Shown here piece by piece: positions 7,765 to 17,449 of a stretch of 31,722 nucleotides of DNA. Source of the DNA: a virus. How positions within the stretch are numbered: position 1 is the stretch's first letter; each line of letters opens with the position of its first letter. The notes beneath the pieces are model-generated. The model was given only the letters and a program-made list of their open reading frames with translations, did not search any database and was not told the DNA's origin. A program made the position numbers and the translations under genes. The stretch lies in UHGV virus genome UHGV-0204983; one strand, 5' to 3'.

Positions 7765-9252
7765 CTATTGTGTAAATGGTGCGTTTAATGGTGCGTTCAA
7801 AATGTTGTCTCCCATTTCAACCTCGATTAATTCAGCATTATCGAATATGATAAGTGCTGTATTTTCTATATCAACATTACGGGCTATATATTCGCCTTGT
7901 GAGATGTTTCCATTTGCTTTTGACCTTTGATTATCAAAATAATTGATTGCGGTTTCTGCGTTGAAATTATTTGACAAAGTGTAAGTATAGAATAAGTATC
8001 TTTCTTCGTTTACTTGGATAATATCAATTGTTTTAGATTTAACCATATAAGTATCAGTTAGTTCGCTAATTGGTGCATTAAATTGAGCTTGTTGCCCTAT
8101 TTGAAACAAGTCGTTTTCGTATGTTTGGATAGTCAATGTTATTTCAGCTTTACCCTTAAATTGAATATAAGACTGTCCTATTGATTGAAGCTCGCTACTT
8201 GATGTAGCGTCGTTTCGTTGCTCGTATCTTGAAATATTTCCGTTTATTCCCAGTTGAGTATTAATTCTATTTATCTCAGTTGGGTTAATGATAACTTCTC
8301 GCCCTTGCACGATTGGAATATAACTTATCTCAATTTCTGTGCCAGCGGTATAAACTGTATTAGCTTCAAACTGATTATTATTGACGGTGTAATAAAAATC
8401 CGCTGTTATGCCTAAATCTTTTTCATCGCTCGTTGCGAATGTTGCTGATGTCCCACCTACTGTTATTGAGTTGATAGTACCTATTTTTTGTTCTGTTAAA
8501 TAGGTTTTATCGTATCCGTTAGCAAAAATAGTTTGAGTTTGTTCTACATTTCCGTAAACCGCAGATGATGTCATGACTTGTTTATTACGATAATCATTAG
8601 TGCTAAAACTAAACGACATATCTTGAATATTGTTGGTTTCCCAATATTCTTGCGTGTATTCAATATCAGGGGCTTGTGCCATCTTATCAGAGTCATAAAA
8701 GTTAACTGCTAGGGTGTTATTATCAATTCTTGATGTGTACCACTTTGAATTAGTTATATCAGCTATATATTGAAGTACATCATAAGCCGACTTATCTAAT
8801 GTGGAATAAGCACCGATAATGTCGTCTTTTTTGGCTATATCGATCGTTCCAACCGTAAAACCATAACCAGCTACGGCATTAACTACCATTTGAATAGCTT
8901 CCTCAACACTTTTGTTAGCGATTACGAAATCTAGGGTATTTCCCTCGCTTAAGAAAGTCTTATAACTAAGTACTTGTAAGTCGCAAGTGTGAGGCTCTCT
9001 TGGGTTAAGGCTTATGTTCCCAGAGTTCTTGACAACACCGGCAAAAATTAGCGTTTCGTCAAAATAAATCAAGCATTGTGAGTAGTCTTGAGGGAAGTAG
9101 AAGTTTGATGTGTAATCTCTATTCTCTTCCCACGATTTCGGATAAACTCCGTTAAGTATAAAGCTAGATGTAGATAAGAATTCCTCTTTTATAGAAATGT
9201 TTTGGTCTGTAATGACTTCTTCGCCGTTTATAAGTATCTTAAGCATTTGCAC
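7765..9252 (-). CDS. Tail tip/hub (Tal-like) protein
   Basis: Follows the tape measure. IFAGVV, AYDVLQYIADITNSKWY and DYRNKQV patterns are typical of phage tail hub proteins. Confidence 0.65.
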   Translation of the reverse strand: MQMLKILINGEEVITDQNISIKEEFLSTSSFILNGVYPKSWEENRDYTSNFYFPQDYSQCLIYFDETLIFAGVVKNSGNISLNPREPHTCDLQVLSYKTFLSEGNTLDFVIANKSVEEAIQMVVNAVAGYGFTVGTIDIAKKDDIIGAYSTLDKSAYDVLQYIADITNSKWYTSRIDNNTLAVNFYDSDKMAQAPDIEYTQEYWETNNIQDMSFSFSTNDYRNKQVMTSSAVYGNVEQTQTIFANGYDKTYLTEQKIGTINSITVGGTSATFATSDEKDLGITADFYYTVNNNQFEANTVYTAGTEIEISYIPIVQGREVIINPTEINRINTQLGINGNISRYEQRNDATSSSELQSIGQSYIQFKGKAEITLTIQTYENDLFQIGQQAQFNAPISELTDTYMVKSKTIDIIQVNEERYLFYTYTLSNNFNAETAINYFDNQRSKANGNISQGEYIARNVDIENTALIIFDNAELIEVEMGDNILNAPLNAPFTQ

Positions 9253-11068
9253 CCATTCCTACATTGTAGTCTGACCTAGCTCCACCACTCACACTCTTAA
9301 TTCTATTAACGACTTGACCTAATGGGTCAGTCTCGAATTGATTATTGACTACTACACTTACGTTTGGATTATACGAACTAGACGCACTAGCTAATAATGA
9401 CGGACTTAAATTTACCATGTCACTGATTGTAGCATTTAAATCATCTTGCATATCTTCCATGCCTTCTTCTAATCCTAAGACGTTCATCCGGCCAAAATAA
9501 GCAAATTCAGTTGACGGTGAGTGGATCCCGAACAACCCTTTGACAAAGTCAAGAACATTTCCAACCCAACTTTTGATTTTATTTTTAATCCAAGTAAAAC
9601 TATCGCTTATCCCTTGCCACAAGCCTTTAACCAAGTCTTTACCAGCCGAAATTATATTAGATATTCCGTTCGCAATCCCTTCAACTATAGCTTTTACCAT
9701 TTTGGGCCCCGATGTAACTAGCGATGGCAAAGCATTAATAAGACCTTGGATTAACCCCATTACCAACTTAGGTCCCGCAGCCAACAATTGTGGTATCGCT
9801 CCCATTAAACCAGAGATAAGGCTACTTATAATTTGTGGTAAACTTTCGATTAAAACAGGAATAGCATTAATTAAGCCAGTGATTAAACCAATCAATAAGT
9901 CAATACCCGTCTGAATTAGTGCTGGTAAATTCTCTAACAAAGCTGGTATGATAGCCATAATTGCCGCCACAAGTTGCGGAATAAGTGTAGGCAACATTGC
10001 CGATAATTGATTAATAATGCTGGTTAAACCGGTAACTAATTGCTGAATGATTACAGGCATTTGAGCTGTTAGTTGAGTTAAAGATGTTTGGATTAATTTT
10101 AATAGCATTTGAAACAACTGCGGTGCGATAGCAATTAAACCTTGTATTATTTGAGCGGCGCCACTTAAAATTGGTGGTAATAAGGTTTGAAGCATTCCCG
10201 GAATTTGTGGCACTAAACCATTGAATAACTCGACAAGCCCACTTGTTATAGATGGTGCTAATTTACTTACGGCGTCTCCAATGTTCCCAAAAGCGGTTAA
10301 TAAAGCGTCTGATAAAGTTTCTACATCGCCAGTTCCGTTTAAAAAGTTATCCCAAGCAGCTTTAGCCGCATTCATACTACCAGTTATTGTAGTTTCAGCT
10401 TCCAAAGCGGTAGTACCAGTTATCCCCATATTTTCTTGGATAACATGGATGGCTTCAATAAATTTGTCAAACGAAATTTGGTTGACATTTTCAGCAGTAG
10501 CAACCATTGTATCGCCCAAAACACCAGAGTCGTTAATCAAACGCGCCATTTCTGATTGAGTACCACCATATCCTAGTTTTAAGTTATCTAACATCTCATA
10601 ATTGCCACGAGCCAAACTTTGATAAGTTTGTACAATACTGTTAATATCGGTACCCATTTTATTTGCGTTATCCGACATATCTTGAACCGCAACATCGGCA
10701 ATTTTGGCTGCCTTTTCTGTATCTCCGCCCAAGCCTTGTAACAATCTCGCACTAAATGACGTAATTGTTTCCATGTACTGGTTAGCAGACATTCCAGCTG
10801 TTTCATACGCTTTTTTAGCGTTTGCTATAACTGCGTCAGCACTATCTTTAAATAACGTTTCAATACCACCTATATTTTGTTCTAAACTGGCATAAGAATT
10901 AACACCTGCTGTAACAACTCCAGTTATTGCAGCGGACAATGCACCAACAGCAGCAATACCAACACCAGCCGCAGTCTTTAACCCATTACCTAACCCAGAC
11001 ATAGCTGAATTGACCTTACTATCATCAGCTTCAAACGTAAAGACTACGCTACCACCATTTTTTGCCAT
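9239..11068 (-). CDS. Tape measure protein
   Basis: EQNIGGIETLF, AYETAGMSANQYMET, MLDNLKLGYGGTQSEMARL, amphipathic P-spaced repeats, FGIHSPS. Confidence 0.93.
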   Translation of the reverse strand: MAKNGGSVVFTFEADDSKVNSAMSGLGNGLKTAAGVGIAAVGALSAAITGVVTAGVNSYASLEQNIGGIETLFKDSADAVIANAKKAYETAGMSANQYMETITSFSARLLQGLGGDTEKAAKIADVAVQDMSDNANKMGTDINSIVQTYQSLARGNYEMLDNLKLGYGGTQSEMARLINDSGVLGDTMVATAENVNQISFDKFIEAIHVIQENMGITGTTALEAETTITGSMNAAKAAWDNFLNGTGDVETLSDALLTAFGNIGDAVSKLAPSITSGLVELFNGLVPQIPGMLQTLLPPILSGAAQIIQGLIAIAPQLFQMLLKLIQTSLTQLTAQMPVIIQQLVTGLTSIINQLSAMLPTLIPQLVAAIMAIIPALLENLPALIQTGIDLLIGLITGLINAIPVLIESLPQIISSLISGLMGAIPQLLAAGPKLVMGLIQGLINALPSLVTSGPKMVKAIVEGIANGISNIISAGKDLVKGLWQGISDSFTWIKNKIKSWVGNVLDFVKGLFGIHSPSTEFAYFGRMNVLGLEEGMEDMQDDLNATISDMVNLSPSLLASASSSYNPNVSVVVNNQFETDPLGQVVNRIKSVSGGARSDYNVGMGANA

Positions 11069-11085
11069 ATAATCACCTCCTCTTT

Positions 11086-11118
11086 AAAAAAAGCAAGGAT
11101 ATTATTTGTACCCTTGCT
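11086..11118 (-). terminator. Intrinsic terminator between major tail and tape measure genes
   Basis: AGCAAGG...CCTTGCT plus T7 on the - strand. Confidence 0.7.
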
Positions 11119-11134
11119 AATGCCAATGAGCTTA

Positions 11135-11614
11135 TTATTCAGATACAACTGAACCTTTTCCGTTGAACGTAATTTCGAGTGAGAACTCGCCTTCGTCTTC
11201 AGCAGCCCCACCTAAATCGGATAGTTTCAAATTAGCTGGTACTTGGAATTTTGTGTATTCAAGAGTTCCAGTACTAATACCAGTTAATAATTCAAATTGA
11301 ATTAATTGGTTATTAAATTGAGCAATAGTACCAGTTGAAATCATAGTTGATAAATCGCCTAATACATTTTGAATGGCTGTATTATTCATATCGATTTTAA
11401 CTGTTGCTTCAAGTCCCATAGCTACACCAGTTAAAACTGCTCTTTGTACTGCGTCACAAAATACATAGAATGTTTTTTCTTCAAACTCTGTATTAATAGT
11501 GACTTCGCTTGTAGTACACATAGTAGTAAATGTTGGTGAGTCACTTGTCGCAGTATTTAAAGCTAGGTTCTTGATAAGTTCTCTATTATTGATAAAGAAA
11601 TTAGTTCCCTTCAT
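11135..11614 (-). CDS. Major tail tube protein
   Basis: 159 aa, C-terminal GGAAEDEGEFSLEITFNG typical of A118-like tubes. Position upstream of TMP. Confidence 0.8.
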   Translation of the reverse strand: MKGTNFFINNRELIKNLALNTATSDSPTFTTMCTTSEVTINTEFEEKTFYVFCDAVQRAVLTGVAMGLEATVKIDMNNTAIQNVLGDLSTMISTGTIAQFNNQLIQFELLTGISTGTLEYTKFQVPANLKLSDLGGAAEDEGEFSLEITFNGKGSVVSE

Positions 11615-12026
11615 TGTTTACCTCCTCTTCATAAACTTTAGTAATAATTGTTTGCAGAGTAAGATTGTATCCAATTCTTCGTATGTCTTGATAATCAATG
11701 CTTTGTGGGTTTATTACTTGCTTAAACATAAGTCTCCAAGTTTCGACCGTATTACCGACCGTAAATTGCATTCCTGCAGTTTGTCCGATTAAATTTCCAA
11801 TTAAATCGGCAGTTTCTTTTTCTTCTTGAATAGAAGTTCCAAAAATGTTGATTGAAAAATAATCAAATAGTGGCCTGCAATCTCCAAAGAACACAACTTT
11901 ATCGCCATCTGTTTGTTGGACTACGATAACCTTTGTATCGCTATCATCAGTTGAATATTCGGCTTTAATCTTGAAGCCTGTTATAAATGTATTAAGATAA
12001 GCAATAAGTACCTCATTAATCTTCAT
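11601..12026 (-). CDS. Tail terminator/completion protein
   Basis: Position and size. C-terminal RIGYNLTLQ strand. Confidence 0.6.
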   Translation of the reverse strand: MKINEVLIAYLNTFITGFKIKAEYSTDDSDTKVIVVQQTDGDKVVFFGDCRPLFDYFSINIFGTSIQEEKETADLIGNLIGQTAGMQFTVGNTVETWRLMFKQVINPQSIDYQDIRRIGYNLTLQTIITKVYEEEVNNEGN

Positions 12027-12391
12027 AGTTTGTTCCTTTCTACTGTCCTATCAACAATTAAATTTCCTTGTTTTTGCCAAGTGCGTTCGAACCAATGTGA
12101 ATGAGTGTTAGGAGTACTCCAATTTGTTGTACTATCGTTAAAGTTATAGACATAATTAGCATAGTAAGTTGGTGACTCCAAATAGTAAGTCTTGCCACTT
12201 TTTTGTACTCCTGACGCCACTGTTTCACGCCTCAAGCGTCCCCTTGTGAGATTACGCTCGAGTGGGCTAGACATTGGGATAATAGGTGCAGTTAAATTCA
12301 ATGTTTCAAGGGCGATTTCTTGAACAATCTTATCTGGTAAAGTTTCAAGCAGTTTTTTAGTCTGCCTATTCCATTTCAAATCAACTTTCAT
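12023..12391 (-). CDS. Neck protein (A118 minor-capsid-2/HK97 gp10-like)
   Basis: IPM...RGRLRR, TYYANYVY, HWFERT motifs. Confidence 0.7.
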   Translation of the reverse strand: MKVDLKWNRQTKKLLETLPDKIVQEIALETLNLTAPIIPMSSPLERNLTRGRLRRETVASGVQKSGKTYYLESPTYYANYVYNFNDSTTNWSTPNTHSHWFERTWQKQGNLIVDRTVERNKL

Positions 12392-12693
12392 TTAACCGCC
12401 AGTATCTTATTCTCGACGCGGTTATAAAGCCAATTGTCTTGAACGTTTAGGATCGTGTAAGTCTTATTATCAAAGATTATTTGGTCGCCCTCTTTAACAT
12501 CGACTGTCCTTTTGACTTGAAAGTAACCCTTTGCCTCTGGGACTGTATAAAGCCCAAACCTTACGCCATCTGATATATCATAAGGACATACTTTAATAGA
12601 TACGGTTTGTTGGTCTTGGTCATCATATATAGAGTTAGACTGGTTTCGGTTATATTGAATTAATTGGGCTTTTAAGCCGTTTACTAAGAACAA
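12388..12693 (-). CDS. Head closure (stopper) protein
   Basis: VKEGDQIIFDNKTYTILNV motif. Position after the adaptor. Confidence 0.7.
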   Translation of the reverse strand: MFLVNGLKAQLIQYNRNQSNSIYDDQDQQTVSIKVCPYDISDGVRFGLYTVPEAKGYFQVKRTVDVKEGDQIIFDNKTYTILNVQDNWLYNRVENKILAVK

Positions 12694-13062
12694 TTAACCA
12701 CCAAAAGGTAAAGATATTCCCCAGTTACTCATCATTGGAGTACCTCTATATAAGTAACCTGCATTAGCTAAATATCTAAGTGCTAATGTTGAGTAGTCAG
12801 TATGTAACTCTGCTTCCATACTTCCTGCTTTTACCTTGTTAGCGTCCACAAATGGGATATCATGTTCAATCATGAACCTCATCTGTTCTAAAGACGCATT
12901 CTTTATAGGTTGAGGGACAGTAGTATCATTCCAACTATCGTCCCTTCTCGTAAGTGCAACCTGTGACAGTATCATTTGAGATACTGCCTCGATTTGCCAA
13001 TTTTCTAGAATTTCGGTTATATTTGGATATTTTGCTTGAAATTCTTGTACTGTGAAGAACAT
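12694..13062 (-). CDS. Head-tail adaptor/connector
   Basis: VPQPIKNASLEQ...ALRYLANAGYLYRG motif. Follows the capsid gene. Confidence 0.75.
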   Translation of the reverse strand: MFFTVQEFQAKYPNITEILENWQIEAVSQMILSQVALTRRDDSWNDTTVPQPIKNASLEQMRFMIEHDIPFVDANKVKAGSMEAELHTDYSTLALRYLANAGYLYRGTPMMSNWGISLPFGG

Positions 13063-13073
13063 ATTATCACCAA

Positions 13074-13964
13074 CTATTCAACTGCTGCTGCAGCTAGTTT
13101 TAAGATAGCTTCTGGTCTAACTACTTCGGCACCAAACATGATATTTCCTTCAAGAACGAAGTATCCTGGTAATCCTGGGTAGTTTCCATTATATTGAGCC
13201 ATTGAACTAAAGAACATATCACCAACGCACGCAATTTTATTTGCGAAATATCCTAATACACCACTACCAATTACTGCAGTGTTGATTGGGAATATATCTA
13301 CACCATAAGCATTAGCAACTACACCTCTATCAACACCCTCTACACCTGCTCTAGTTTCATATTTTAAGATTGAAGTTAAAGCAGCAACTAAATTTCCATA
13401 GTTAACAGCTTCAAGACCTAACATATAACCAGTAGTTACGTTACGGTTGAATAAAATCATCTTGTATTGATTTAAGTAGTTAATGTAATCTTGTTGAGTA
13501 CTTGGAGCCCATACTACTACTTGTCCCTCTGTGTAAGCTTCTGAACCGTCAGTCTTACCAGTAATAGCAGTATTTAATTTGCCATATCCGTAAGTATCGA
13601 TTTGGTTAGCAATAGCTGAATCTTTCAATCTCATTTGTCCCTCTAAAGTACCCTCAATGTTAGTACCAATCATTAATGGACTAATACTGAATGAGTAATC
13701 TAAAGGTAATTCAGTTAAGTCTACTTTTACTGAATTGTAAGTAGTTAAAGCTGGTGTTAATGCAGTAGTAATTTCAACGTTACTTCTTTTATTAATAGTT
13801 GGTGCAATTTGTTTTACAACTTCAATGATTGGAGTTCCAGTAGCACGAGCTACTTGCATCCATGAGTCATCAAGGAAGTTCATAAATGTAGATTGGTAAT
13901 AAATGTTTTCATAAGTTCTTTTAGCAACTGCTTGTAAGTCTAAGTTAATGTTTGTAAAATTCAT
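13074..13964 (-). CDS. Major capsid protein
   Basis: 296 aa after the scaffold. GVVANAYGVDIF and FGAEVVRPEAI C-terminal motifs. Codon usage typical of highly expressed genes. Confidence 0.85.
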   Translation of the reverse strand: MNFTNINLDLQAVAKRTYENIYYQSTFMNFLDDSWMQVARATGTPIIEVVKQIAPTINKRSNVEITTALTPALTTYNSVKVDLTELPLDYSFSISPLMIGTNIEGTLEGQMRLKDSAIANQIDTYGYGKLNTAITGKTDGSEAYTEGQVVVWAPSTQQDYINYLNQYKMILFNRNVTTGYMLGLEAVNYGNLVAALTSILKYETRAGVEGVDRGVVANAYGVDIFPINTAVIGSGVLGYFANKIACVGDMFFSSMAQYNGNYPGLPGYFVLEGNIMFGAEVVRPEAILKLAAAAVE

Positions 13965-13978
13965 ATATTATCTACCTC

Positions 13979-14503
13979 CTATTTCTTGATAAATAAATTC
14001 TTAATCGGTGTGTTTCTATCTACTTTAATTTCATTAGCAGATGTTCCACCATTGCCTTTTAAAGGTCCTTCGTTAGTTACGTTTTGTGTTGGGAAATATG
14101 TTCCTTTAAATTTCTCTGCAATTCCAGATATAGCCTTTTCGTCGTCTTGTTCATCCGCGAAAAGTGATGAACGTAGTTGAGCAACTTCTTCAAACTGCTC
14201 TTTCTTGAAACCATGGGACATCATAGTTGTTTTTAAACGTTCGCTTGATAATTCCTTATTGGCTTTGTCTAAGTTACTTACTGTATCGTTATAGCTCTTT
14301 TCTAAGTCGGCATATTTTGTTTTAAGGTCGCTAAATTCTTTACCTTTTTCTGCCTCCCAAGTCTTTTTTTGACTGTCAATCCTATTCTCAATTTCAGTTT
14401 CTTTGACATAGCCTTTTCTGATGTCTGCTTCAAGTTTTTCAATATCAAAATCTTTGTCAGAAATTTTGACGTCTTTGTTAGTTAAATAATCACTAATTTT
14501 CAT
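13979..14503 (-). CDS. Capsid scaffolding protein (GP20-like)
   Basis: Charged coiled-coil protein with YV motif and FP...GGT tail. Directly upstream of the capsid gene. Confidence 0.75.
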   Translation of the reverse strand: MKISDYLTNKDVKISDKDFDIEKLEADIRKGYVKETEIENRIDSQKKTWEAEKGKEFSDLKTKYADLEKSYNDTVSNLDKANKELSSERLKTTMMSHGFKKEQFEEVAQLRSSLFADEQDDEKAISGIAEKFKGTYFPTQNVTNEGPLKGNGGTSANEIKVDRNTPIKNLFIKK

Positions 14504-14570
14504 AAATTCCTCCTTAAATTGGCAAAAAAGCTATAGCAGATGTAGTTTAGTGACTTGCAACTGCCATTGG

Positions 14571-15503
14571 TCAGATAGAGGCTTTTAGCTCTCTATTTTT
14601 TTCGTTTAGTTTTCTGATTTTTGCTTTTGTTAAATCAATTTGCGTTTGGTCACCCATTTTTTGATAAATAGACAAATCGGTCCTTAATTTGGCTTTTGTT
14701 CTATCGACTGCCATTATTTTTTGCTGGGTCTTATACTTTTCTGCCCATTCTGGCGAGTCATAAGTATTTGTCTGCATTTGCATAGATGTTTGGGCGATCG
14801 TTGGAACGTGCTTGCAGTTTGGGTGACCTAGTCCACCATCCAAGGCATTGCCTATATACGGATAGATGTCGTTTTTTTTACTTGAGTAATACCTGCCTTG
14901 CCACTCCATACACCTTGGGCAAGCGAATGGGTGGGCTGGTATATAAAGCAGTGTATTATCGTTTTTTTCGGCATCTGTAAGCGTTCTATTCCAACCAGCT
15001 CTAGTTAGGTTAGTGTTGTAAATCATTGTTGTATAGTCGCTTAATGTGTGCCATGAATAAACCTTGCCGTTATGGAAATATGGAACATTTGCCATATACT
15101 TGTCATAAGTACCTACGAACTCTTTTAAGTACTCGGCTTTATTTGGTACTTTCTCGGCTATCTTTTGACGTTTCTTGTAATACTCGAGTACATCACCAAC
15201 AAAGTCGCTTGTAATGTCCTCAATGCGTTTATAATCAACGAGTTCGAAGAATTCTTTGGTTTCCCCCGGCTCTACTATTTCGTTTATCTCATCGACCAAC
15301 TTTTCCAATTTGGCTGTGGACTTTTTCATTTTCTTACGGTCGCTTTTGTCCCATTTTTTTTCTAGCCAGTCTTTAAATTTGGTAAGTGAATACCCAGCAA
15401 GTAAATAAGTGAATAGTTGCTCTTTTGTTTCATTTTCTTTTGTTTCTTGAGATTTTCTGTACTCATTTACTTCATCATCAATAAGCTTTTCGACTTTGTT
15501 CAT
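14571..15503 (-). CDS. Minor capsid/head morphogenesis protein (SPP1 gp7/A118-like)
   Basis: HPFACPRCMEWQGRYYS and GLGHPNCKH motifs. Confidence 0.85.
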   Translation of the reverse strand: MNKVEKLIDDEVNEYRKSQETKENETKEQLFTYLLAGYSLTKFKDWLEKKWDKSDRKKMKKSTAKLEKLVDEINEIVEPGETKEFFELVDYKRIEDITSDFVGDVLEYYKKRQKIAEKVPNKAEYLKEFVGTYDKYMANVPYFHNGKVYSWHTLSDYTTMIYNTNLTRAGWNRTLTDAEKNDNTLLYIPAHPFACPRCMEWQGRYYSSKKNDIYPYIGNALDGGLGHPNCKHVPTIAQTSMQMQTNTYDSPEWAEKYKTQQKIMAVDRTKAKLRTDLSIYQKMGDQTQIDLTKAKIRKLNEKNRELKASI

Positions 15504-16864
15504 TAAACTTCACCAAACCTAATAGATAGGTCGTCTTGTTCGCCTTTTAATTCAGTAAGCAATTCATCTACTTCTTGTTTGTTGCCCTCGACATAATCAT
15601 CATCGATAAGCTTATTTAAAATTGGTAATACAACCTTTAATTTTGAACTTTGTGGAATACTTGCTACGCCTTGGATATTTCTCAAGATTTTTAATTTTTC
15701 CATGTCCCCAAATTTTTCATTTGGTCCAAAGTCCCAATTTAAGGTAGTTGGTAATTGGTTTTCAGTGATGTTTGCACTCATTTGAGCTTTGATTATGTTT
15801 TCAAACAATAAATTAATAGCTGGTGTTATTTGACGCTTGATTGCTTCAATTGTCATGTCTGTTGGGTTTTTACTCATATTGACGTTATCGACATTTTGAT
15901 AAACGTCTTTTTCATAGCCAAAACTAGCTGGACTTAAACCTGACATTTGAATTACTTGATAATCGTAGAATTTAAACGTTTCCACATATTCTCGAATTCT
16001 GATGTTACCTTGTAAGAATTGGAATACTGCGTGTTCTTTATCTCCAGGCATTAATGTAAAGTAATCATTTAACTTACCAACGGAAATGGTCTGGACATTG
16101 TAAGTTTTGTTGCCCGGCTTCCAATTCATCATTAAGTCGCCAGTTTGGTAATGTTGTGTTGTGGCAATTCTTGTTTTTGTCTTCTCAACTTCCTCTACGA
16201 TCGTGTTGAATACGTCCATTTCGGCATATAAGAACTTACGGCTATCTTTAAAGAAGTCTTGTCCAATGTCTACGTTAATCATCACCTCATACGGCTTGAT
16301 TTCACGTGGCTCGTATTCTTTATCAAACATTGCATTAAATCTATTTAAAGGTATTTCTTGAGCTTCTCCTTTGCCTTTTTCAAAAGCTTTATAAGTAATA
16401 AGTGAACTACCATTGACTATCTTGATGTTTCTCTTTAACAAGTAAGTCTTGTCATCTTTTGGATTTGGACTGTCGTATTCTTGAACTATCGTTCCGCTTC
16501 TAAATTTGTCATATTCTTGTACAATGTCGTGAATATCTGACTCTTTGAAGCACTCAAGATAAACCTTGCCCTCGAATATGTTCAAATAGATAAATGACTC
16601 TTCTTGATAAACTGCTAATTCCAAAGCCTCTTTTAAACTTGGCATTAACCATCCGATGTCTAGTCCCTCAGACTGCGTTACTAATTCACTACCGAATAAC
16701 TGATTGGTAATAAATTGAGCAATCTTCTTGGCAGATGGTGCTATACAATATTGCTTTTCTTGCGGTATATTGTCCCTCCCATTAGTCACACCAGCTTGTG
16801 TTATCTCAACATCTGCTTTGATGTAAGGTGCTTGCAAAGCGTTATATTTTGATTTAATCCTCAT
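15503..16864 (-). CDS. Portal protein (A118-like)
   Basis: 453 aa. IRIREYVE...SGLSPASFG motif. Position upstream of the minor capsid gene. Confidence 0.82.
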   Translation of the reverse strand: MRIKSKYNALQAPYIKADVEITQAGVTNGRDNIPQEKQYCIAPSAKKIAQFITNQLFGSELVTQSEGLDIGWLMPSLKEALELAVYQEESFIYLNIFEGKVYLECFKESDIHDIVQEYDKFRSGTIVQEYDSPNPKDDKTYLLKRNIKIVNGSSLITYKAFEKGKGEAQEIPLNRFNAMFDKEYEPREIKPYEVMINVDIGQDFFKDSRKFLYAEMDVFNTIVEEVEKTKTRIATTQHYQTGDLMMNWKPGNKTYNVQTISVGKLNDYFTLMPGDKEHAVFQFLQGNIRIREYVETFKFYDYQVIQMSGLSPASFGYEKDVYQNVDNVNMSKNPTDMTIEAIKRQITPAINLLFENIIKAQMSANITENQLPTTLNWDFGPNEKFGDMEKLKILRNIQGVASIPQSSKLKVVLPILNKLIDDDYVEGNKQEVDELLTELKGEQDDLSIRFGEV

Positions 16865-17106
16865 GCTTTAACCCCCTCAAATAGGTAGGCACCAACATGA
16901 AGCTCGTTTTTAATAACGTCTTTAAAAAGCAACTTATCTGGCTTAATCACCGTTCTTACAAATAGACTTTTAAAGAACTGCCATTTGAATAAGATTGTCA
17001 CTGGATATACACTGTCAAACACTGTATCTATGTCATCTACTCGTTTTGAACAAACATACTGCCCGTTTAAGTAAAATTTGACTTTCCATCCTTTTTTTAA
17101 CTTCAT
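16861..17106 (-). CDS. Hypothetical protein
   Basis: ATG 17106 after AGGAGG. Overlaps the portal start (ATGA). Confidence 0.7.
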   Translation of the reverse strand: MKLKKGWKVKFYLNGQYVCSKRVDDIDTVFDSVYPVTILFKWQFFKSLFVRTVIKPDKLLFKDVIKNELHVGAYLFEGVKA

Positions 17107-17124
17107 ATTCTCCCTCCTTTCCAA

Positions 17125-17166
17125 CAAAAAAGAAGCCCATAAGTCTATTAATGACCTACGAGCTTC
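17125..17166 (-). terminator. Intrinsic terminator/attenuator upstream of the head operon
   Basis: GAAGCUCGUAGGUC/GACUUAUGGGCUUC, 14 bp with 3 G-U pairs that form only on the - strand, followed by U6. Confidence 0.75.
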
Positions 17167-17202
17167 TTCACTTTAAATAAGCTTTTTTGCCCTTATGTAT
17201 AA

Positions 17203-17237
17203 ATCATAAACTATCCAATGTAACATTTGGTAACATT
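17203..17237 (-). promoter_or_regulatory. Putative activator-dependent late promoter 2
   Basis: AATGTTACCAAATGTTACA, 10 nt, TATGAT. Same architecture as 21625-21659. Confidence 0.7.
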
Positions 17238-17239
17238 GT

Positions 17240-17440
17240 TTATCTTTTATAACTTTTTTTGTGAACATAATGATTTTTGTATATGTCATATACTTCAACC
17301 ATACCACATTTTTTACAAGGAATTTCAATGGTTATAGGCACTTCGACTTTTGTTTTTAGTAAGTCGTCTATTGTTTTGTAAAATTTGTCAGTATCAACTT
17401 TTAATAAGAAACGTCTACTTGCTTTACATTTAATTTCCAT
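17240..17440 (-). CDS. Com-like Zn-ribbon protein
   Basis: MEIKC..SRRFLLK...IEIPCKKCG resembles Mu Com-type regulators. The first CxxC is degenerate. Confidence 0.55.
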   Translation of the reverse strand: MEIKCKASRRFLLKVDTDKFYKTIDDLLKTKVEVPITIEIPCKKCGMVEVYDIYKNHYVHKKSYKR

Positions 17441-17449
17441 AAATTCCTC

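Noticed and set aside
11135..13964. Frameshift-extended capsid or tail tube proteins
   Set aside because: No slippery site or downstream extension frame was seen at either stop codon.
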